From NCBI GenBank assembly GCA_964493305.1, contig CAZBLW010000001.1, forward strand, positions 177,484-241,483: a stretch of 64,000 nt of DNA, written 5' to 3'. Below are positions 57,992 through 64,000 of this stretch, in pieces. Numbering within the stretch: the stretch's first letter is position 1; the number at the start of each line of letters is the position of its first letter. The notes beneath the pieces are model-generated. The model was not told the origin of the DNA and searched no databases. It was given only the letters and a program-made list of their open reading frames with translations. The DNA comes from an uncultured Gammaproteobacteria bacterium. GTDB lineage: Bacteria; Patescibacteriota; Patescibacteriia; S139-126. Made by a program: the position numbers and the translations under genes.

Positions 57992-58483
57992 ATGAATGAA
58001 ATTAACGACAAAGTAAACGAATTTAAAGTAAAAAGAAAAATAAAATTTCTCGCCACGTTATTATTGGTTTTGGTGATTGTTACTGGTGGAGTTATTTATT
58101 TTTTCTGGAACAATCGTTTGGAATTGGCTATGTTTGGTCATGACGGTAAACAGGTTGATTTAGCTATTGGCAACAAAGAGGTAATAGATGAAACCTTGGA
58201 CACCGATGGTGATGGCCTGACTGATATGATAGAAATACGTTTAGGAACAGATAAAAATAAAATTGATTCTGACGAAGATGGTATTATTGATGGCGAGGAA
58301 TTAATGGGTTGGGGAACCAATCCTGTAAAAATGGACACTGACAATGACGGCCTGTCTGATTACAACGAGATAAAAGTTTATAGTACTGATCCGCTAAAAC
58401 CGGATACCGACGGTGATGGTTTTGCTGATGGTTGGGAAGTCTATAATAATTTCAACCCTCTGGGAGAAGGTAAATTAGAATAA
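57992..58483 (+). CDS. Membrane-anchored DxDxDG Ca-binding repeat protein
   Basis: TM then DTDGDGLTD, DSDEDG, DTDNDG, DTDGDG, NPLG. Confidence 0.85.
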   Translation: MNEINDKVNEFKVKRKIKFLATLLLVLVIVTGGVIYFFWNNRLELAMFGHDGKQVDLAIGNKEVIDETLDTDGDGLTDMIEIRLGTDKNKIDSDEDGIIDGEELMGWGTNPVKMDTDNDGLSDYNEIKVYSTDPLKPDTDGDGFADGWEVYNNFNPLGEGKLE

Positions 58484-58531
58484 TCTGAATTTTTTGTTAT
58501 AATAAATTATTATAACTAAATCATAAATTTT

Positions 58532-59155
58532 ATGTTTGATGATGTAAAACCAAATTTATCAACTGATCAACCGCAATTAAGTGACAACAGTTCTAAACCA
58601 GTTGAAGATATTTTTTCAGAAACAGAAAAATCTAACCCCAGTCAAGTTATGCCTGAGAGTCAAACTGCTACCACAATTCCGCCAGCATATTTACCTGCGA
58701 GTGGTTACGAATCAGGTAAAGGTAGAAAAAAAATACTAAAAGTTCTGCTGGGATTAATTATACTGGGTATTGTCGGAGTGGGTGGTTATTTGGCTTACGG
58801 TAAGTATTTGGCCGGCTGGTTAGCTAAAACCGACAGTAATCCACCAGTGACAAGCACTACTGAAACTGAGGAAAATAATTCCGCTCCAACAAGCAATATT
58901 GTATCAGGAAATATCCAAGACAGTGACAATGACGGTTTATCAGATGAAGAAGAGGGGGTGTATGGAACCAATATAAATTCACCAGATACTGATGAAGATG
59001 GATTATTTGATCGGGAGGAAGTAAAAATTTATGATACTGATCCGCTAAATCCAGATACCGACAATGATGGTTATTTGGATGGCGACGAAGTTAAATCAGG
59101 GTACAATCCGTTGGGACCGGGAAAATTGTGGCCAGACAATCCAATTAGTGAATAA
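58532..59155 (+). CDS. Membrane-anchored DxDxDG Ca-binding repeat protein
   Basis: TM then DSDNDGLSD, DTDEDG, DTDNDG, YNPLG. Confidence 0.85.
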   Translation: MFDDVKPNLSTDQPQLSDNSSKPVEDIFSETEKSNPSQVMPESQTATTIPPAYLPASGYESGKGRKKILKVLLGLIILGIVGVGGYLAYGKYLAGWLAKTDSNPPVTSTTETEENNSAPTSNIVSGNIQDSDNDGLSDEEEGVYGTNINSPDTDEDGLFDREEVKIYDTDPLNPDTDNDGYLDGDEVKSGYNPLGPGKLWPDNPISE

Positions 59156-59160
59156 AATAT

Positions 59161-60504
59161 ATGAATACAGATCAGTCACAAAATTTTGAACAATTTAACG
59201 GTTATGAACAAGCGCCGGCAGTTTATACTATGCCGGAAAAATTTTTACCTCAAACAAAAACCAAATCAAAAAAAACTGGTAAAGGGATAATTATATTTTT
59301 ATATTTTTTGATTGGCGTAGTGGTTATAGCAGCCGGGGGCGCAGTGTGGTATTTATTTTTACGCCAGGAACCAGTTAGTACTGACCAACCCAGTTTAAAT
59401 ATTCCGCCAGTTAATATTGTTGCTCCTACTACTACCACCACTACCGAAAATACTCCTGAACCGGTGGAAGTGAGATTTGTGGCACGTGATGAATTCAATA
59501 ATGAATTTTCTTCTGTTACTTTGAAATTATCCGGTGCAGACACAGCTTTAGCCCAACAAATAAAGGTAAATTCATTATTACCAGTGCAAATGACCGGGAG
59601 AGCTAGTAGAGCAATTGGAGCTATTTATTCATTTAGTCTAACCAATGGTGGTAATTTGACTCAACCCACTACTTTTGTTTTTGCCTATACTGAGCCCGAT
59701 GATTTAACCAGTAAAAAAGAAAATAGCTTACAATTGGCTGAAGAAATATCAACCGGTACTTGGAAATATTTGGCCGGAAGTAAATTGGATATAGTGGGCA
59801 ACACTATCAGTATTGAATTAAATGCTCTGCCCCAAGACCAAGTCACAATTTTATCCAACTTAGAAGAAGAAGAAAATTTCGATTTTACAACAGAGAACGA
59901 TGAACAAGTAGTTGACGATTCCAATTTAGCTACCACGCCGTTGACGTCGACGCTTGATTCTGACAACGACGGTTTAACTGATGTTGAAGAATTATTATAT
60001 CAAGCCAATCCAGCACTTCCAGATACCGATGGCGATGGTTATTTGGACGGTCAAGAGGTAATCTACGGCTATAGTCCGGTTAGTGCCAATAGTTTAGCTG
60101 GTGATAATTTAGTCACTGCTTATGAAAATCAAGATATGGGAATAAGTTTATACTATCCAAGTAGTTGGGCGGTGCGGGTCGGTACTGCTGATTTAGAGTC
60201 AGTTTCTTTTGAATCGCAGGGTGATGATTTTATGCAAATATCTATCCAGGATAATCTTGATAATTTAAGTATAAGCGACTGGTATGGTTTATTGGTGCCC
60301 AATTTAGATCAGACTCTATTGAATAAAACCTCGGTTAATGGTTATGACGCAATTTTTTCTGCTGATCTAGCCAATTTATATGTAGCAGTAGGTGATAAAG
60401 TGTATATTATGACTTATAGCGCTGGGCTAAAAACTCAAGTTGATTATTTAACTACCTTTGCTATGATGCGGACTAGCCTAAAATTTTTAACTAATGCCAA
60501 TTAA
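59161..60504 (+). CDS. Membrane-anchored protein with DxDxDG repeats and PsbP-like C-terminal domain
   Basis: TM, Thr linker, DSDNDG/DTDGDG, YENQDMGISLYYPSSW. Confidence 0.8.
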   Translation: MNTDQSQNFEQFNGYEQAPAVYTMPEKFLPQTKTKSKKTGKGIIIFLYFLIGVVVIAAGGAVWYLFLRQEPVSTDQPSLNIPPVNIVAPTTTTTTENTPEPVEVRFVARDEFNNEFSSVTLKLSGADTALAQQIKVNSLLPVQMTGRASRAIGAIYSFSLTNGGNLTQPTTFVFAYTEPDDLTSKKENSLQLAEEISTGTWKYLAGSKLDIVGNTISIELNALPQDQVTILSNLEEEENFDFTTENDEQVVDDSNLATTPLTSTLDSDNDGLTDVEELLYQANPALPDTDGDGYLDGQEVIYGYSPVSANSLAGDNLVTAYENQDMGISLYYPSSWAVRVGTADLESVSFESQGDDFMQISIQDNLDNLSISDWYGLLVPNLDQTLLNKTSVNGYDAIFSADLANLYVAVGDKVYIMTYSAGLKTQVDYLTTFAMMRTSLKFLTNAN

Positions 60505-60943
60505 AGTTTATTTTTATTCTTTTAAACCAAGTCAGATAACTAAAAAGTTAGTTGCGCAGGTAGTGAAACAAACTCTTAGTTTAGCCAATATTAAAAAGGA
60601 TTATAATGAAGTGTCGGTAGCATTATTGTCTGACCAGGCAGTAAAAAAATTGAATTACAATTACCGCCAAATTAACAAACCAACCGATGTTTTGTCTTTT
60701 TCTGGTCAAACTAAACCTTGGCCGGGGATGAAAAATTTTCTAGGTGAAATAGTAATTGCCAAAGGAGTTTGTCAGCGACAAGCTCAGCTACATCAACATA
60801 GTTTTAAAAAAGAATTTATTATATTACTTATTCATGGCACGCTACATTTATTGGGTTATGATCATCAAAAAGACAAACCGGCCCTGATTATGGAGTCATT
60901 GGAGGCTAAAATATTAAAAAAGTTTTATGAATCTGTTCAGTAA
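60494..60943 (+). CDS. ybeY: rRNA maturation endoribonuclease YbeY
   Basis: PTDVLSF, LGEIVI, HGTLHLLGYDH. Confidence 0.95.
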   Translation: MPIKVYFYSFKPSQITKKLVAQVVKQTLSLANIKKDYNEVSVALLSDQAVKKLNYNYRQINKPTDVLSFSGQTKPWPGMKNFLGEIVIAKGVCQRQAQLHQHSFKKEFIILLIHGTLHLLGYDHQKDKPALIMESLEAKILKKFYESVQ

Positions 60944-61298
60944 TTTATGGCGTAGCGTCAGTAATGCAGGTAGTGGTTGGCGTTATTTATTTACCAGTCA
61001 ACAAAATTTTCGTATTCAAGTTTTCTTTGCTTTAGTGGTATTTATTGTGGCTTGGTTACTGCAAGTTAGAAGACAAGATTGGATTGTTTTATTGTTGTTA
61101 GTGACCATGGTACTGGTATTAGAGGCCTTGAATACAGTTTTTGAGTTTTTTTTGGATATGTTAAAACCAAAAATCCATAGTTATGTTAAAATGTTTAAAG
61201 ACATGTTAGCTGCTATGGTATTACTGGCATCAGTGGCAGCGGGGATTATTGGTTTGATCATTTTTTATCCTTATCTGAAAAATATTTTTGTTCAGTAG
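60927..61298 (+). CDS. dgkA: Diacylglycerol/undecaprenol kinase
   Basis: QQNFRIQ, EALNTVFE, KDMLAAMV; follows ybeY. Confidence 0.88.
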   Translation: MNLFSNLWRSVSNAGSGWRYLFTSQQNFRIQVFFALVVFIVAWLLQVRRQDWIVLLLLVTMVLVLEALNTVFEFFLDMLKPKIHSYVKMFKDMLAAMVLLASVAAGIIGLIIFYPYLKNIFVQ

Positions 61299-61374
61299 TT
61301 TGTTAGTCTTGGTAAATTTTTTAATTTTTTGAAAATATTGTATAATATAAGAGTAAAATTGATAGTCAACAATC

Positions 61375-62610
61375 ATGAGTAAAAACAACATCATCACTGG
61401 CTTAGATATCGGCACTACTCATATTCGAGTGGTAGTTGGTCAAGCCGTGGGTGAACAATTAAATGTGATGGCAGCAGCCGAAGTACCAGCTGAAGGCGTT
61501 AGTAAAGGCGTTATTAACAGTATTGAAGATGCAGTTTCTTCGGTCTCTTCAGCTTTGGAAAAAGCGGAAAGACTATCTGGTTTACCAATCGAAAATACTT
61601 TTGTGGCTATTTCTGGTTCGCATATTATTTCTGAAGATAGTCACGGTGTGGTAGCGGTAGGCAAAGCTGATGGTGAGATTAGGGATGATGATGTTGAAAG
61701 AGTGATTGAAGCGGCTCAAGCGGTAGCCAGTCCACCCAATTATGAAATCTTACATGTTATTCCCAGATCTTTCAGTGTAGACAATCAGACTGGCATCAAA
61801 GACCCGGTTGGGATGACTGGAGTTAGATTGGAAGTTGACACTCAAATTATTCAAGGTTTATCAACCCAGGTAAAAAACTTAACTAAGTGTGTTTATCGTA
61901 CTGGTGTTGATATTGATGATTTAGTATTGGGGGTTTTAGCTGCTTCTGAGGCCGTATTAAGCAAAAGACAGAAAGAATTGGGGGTGGCTTTGGTGAATAT
62001 CGGCGGGGCCACTACCAGTTTAGCCGTATTTGAAGAAGGAGATATTTTACACACTAAGGTTTTACCAGTCGGAGGTATGCATATTACCAATGATATTGCT
62101 ATTGGCCTACGAACTTCAGTCGATGTTGCTGAAGATATTAAACTTACTTATGGTAATTGTGATTTAGCTAAAATAGAGAAAAGAAAAGAAATTGATTTAT
62201 CTGAATTTTCTGAAGTTGAATCTGGCTATGTAAGTTTGAAACAGGTGACTGAAATTATTCAAGCACGAGTTGAGGAAATATTTAAAATGATTGAAACGGA
62301 ATTGAAAAAAATTGATAGATCCGGGATGTTACCAGCTGGTATTGTTTTTACCGGTGGTAGCGCTAAGTTGCCCGGTCTAATAGATTTTGCCAAAAATTAT
62401 TTGAAACTACCAGCCGGACTTGGTAAAAATCAATCAGTCTCTAGTGCCATAGATAAAATCAATGATGTTAGTTTTTCAACAGCTCTAGGTCTGGTAGTTT
62501 GGGGGCAAGGCGTCTATACTGCTCAAGGAACCACTAGTCCCTTTGAAAAGATAAAGCCTGATCAAATGTTTACGAATGTTAAAAAAATATTTAAGAAATG
62601 GATACCCTAG
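61375..62610 (+). CDS. ftsA: Cell division protein FtsA
   Basis: GLDIGTT, DPVGMTGVRLEV, NIGGATT, GGMHITNDI, TGGSAKLPG. Confidence 0.97.
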   Translation: MSKNNIITGLDIGTTHIRVVVGQAVGEQLNVMAAAEVPAEGVSKGVINSIEDAVSSVSSALEKAERLSGLPIENTFVAISGSHIISEDSHGVVAVGKADGEIRDDDVERVIEAAQAVASPPNYEILHVIPRSFSVDNQTGIKDPVGMTGVRLEVDTQIIQGLSTQVKNLTKCVYRTGVDIDDLVLGVLAASEAVLSKRQKELGVALVNIGGATTSLAVFEEGDILHTKVLPVGGMHITNDIAIGLRTSVDVAEDIKLTYGNCDLAKIEKRKEIDLSEFSEVESGYVSLKQVTEIIQARVEEIFKMIETELKKIDRSGMLPAGIVFTGGSAKLPGLIDFAKNYLKLPAGLGKNQSVSSAIDKINDVSFSTALGLVVWGQGVYTAQGTTSPFEKIKPDQMFTNVKKIFKKWIP

Positions 62611-62771
62611 TTAATTATCTAGTTATTATGACTCCCTAAATACGGGGAGTTTTTTTGTACAAAAAATATGAACAGATGAACAACAAATTGGTTCATCAAA
62701 CTCTAGCCAAAAATTTTATTTTTTTTTAAACTATAAGCAATTAAATAAACTCTAATATTTATTAAAATTAT

Positions 62772-63959
62772 ATGGAAGTTAAACCTGAAGTTGAAACATT
62801 TGCCAAAATAAAAGTAATTGGTGTTGGCGGATCTGGTGGATCAGCTATCAACCGGATGATTGCCACTAAAATCAGGGGAGTAGAGTTTGTAGCTGTCAAT
62901 ACTGATGCTCAAGCTTTACACCACAATGAAGCACCGCATAAAATTCATATTGGTAAAAATACTACCCGCGGTTTAGGTGCTGGTATGGATCCAGAGTTAG
63001 GTCGCAGTGCAGCTGAAGAAGAACAAGAAGAACTTGAAGATATGGTCCATGATGCTGACATGGTATTTATTACTTGTGGTTTAGGTGGTGGTACCGGTAC
63101 AGGTGCATCACCAATCATTGCCGAGATGGCTAAAAAGGCCGGTGCTTTAACAGTAGCGGTAGTTACTAAACCATTTACTTTTGAAGGTGCCCAAAGGCGT
63201 TATATTGCTGATCAAGGCATGCAAGATTTAGCTGATCGAGTTGATACAATAATTACCATACCCAATGATAGGTTGTTACAGATTATCGATAAAAAAACTT
63301 CATTGATCGATGCCTTTGCGGTAGTTGATGAAGTGTTACGTCAGGGTGTGCAGGGTATTTCGGAAATTATTACCGTACCAGGACTGATCAATGTTGACTT
63401 TGCTGATGTCAAGGCAGTCATGAAAGAAGCCGGCAGTGCTTTAATGGGTATTGGTCGAGGTAGTGGAGAAAATAGAGCAGTTGAAGCGGCTAAAGCGGCC
63501 ATAAACAGTCCTTTATTGGAAATGTCCATCGATGGTGCTAAGGGAATCTTATTTACCGTTTCCGGTGGTAAAGATTTAGGTATGTACGAAGTCAATGAAG
63601 CTGCCAATGTAATTACTCAATCAGCTGATCCTAATGCCAAAGTAATTTTTGGTACAATTGTAGACGATTCTTTAGGTGATGAGGTTAAGGTAACGGTGAT
63701 TGCCACTGGCTTTACTGGTCAGCCCTTGAAACGTAAAGATTTAGATTTAAAAGATTTAAAATCTACTATCAGACCTGACAAAGAACCAACCCCGGTTAGG
63801 GAAATCAAAGAAACTCCCAAATCGTCTGAAGAGGAACCAATGTCACCCTCTCGTAAATATGCCCGACCCTTACCTCAGCAAAAAACTCAAGAACAAAAAA
63901 AGAATGAAGAAGAAGAGGAGTTAGAAATACCCGCCTTTATTCGGAAGAAAATGATGTAA
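62772..63959 (+). CDS. ftsZ: Cell division protein FtsZ
   Basis: IKVIGVGG, GLGGGTGTG, NVDFAD, C-terminal LEIPAFIR. Confidence 0.98.
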   Translation: MEVKPEVETFAKIKVIGVGGSGGSAINRMIATKIRGVEFVAVNTDAQALHHNEAPHKIHIGKNTTRGLGAGMDPELGRSAAEEEQEELEDMVHDADMVFITCGLGGGTGTGASPIIAEMAKKAGALTVAVVTKPFTFEGAQRRYIADQGMQDLADRVDTIITIPNDRLLQIIDKKTSLIDAFAVVDEVLRQGVQGISEIITVPGLINVDFADVKAVMKEAGSALMGIGRGSGENRAVEAAKAAINSPLLEMSIDGAKGILFTVSGGKDLGMYEVNEAANVITQSADPNAKVIFGTIVDDSLGDEVKVTVIATGFTGQPLKRKDLDLKDLKSTIRPDKEPTPVREIKETPKSSEEEPMSPSRKYARPLPQQKTQEQKKNEEEEELEIPAFIRKKMM

Positions 63960-64000
63960 AAAATTATTTTAGCTAATCTAAAAGAATCTGTCCTTAAGCA

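Overview
AT-rich bacterial chromosomal window read with the standard genetic code (TGA = stop). Gene content and style (short Rel, pilin-anchored giant Cys-rich surface protein, DxDxDG-repeat proteins, LCP, DprA, mostly SD-less housekeeping genes) suggest Patescibacteria/CPR; this is an inference, not a database placement. Housekeeping genes include rpoD (partial), rlmN, uppS, parAB, rel, rpmB, topA, dprA, mfd, pth, der, lepB, hisS, rpsU, ybeY, dgkA, ftsA and ftsZ, plus a CsoR-CopZ-CopA copper locus and five tRNAs. Most notable: (1) tRNA-Asn(GTT) is split inside its anticodon (35/36) by a 549-nt group I intron carrying an HNH endonuclease in loop L1; (2) there appear to be two expression classes: housekeeping genes lack Shine-Dalgarno (SD) sites, while about a dozen solitary accessory cassettes and rpsU (bS21, apparent CTG start) have strong SDs, and a free-standing structured ncRNA displays an anti-SD loop (CCCCUCCU), together suggesting an SD-gated translational regulon; (3) an ORF-less A/C-rich small transcript, an unannotated 48-aa basic ORF, a beta-barrel-like protein, an initiator tRNA with C33, and a 2673-aa pilin-fused adhesin. 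All calls were made by eye without searches.
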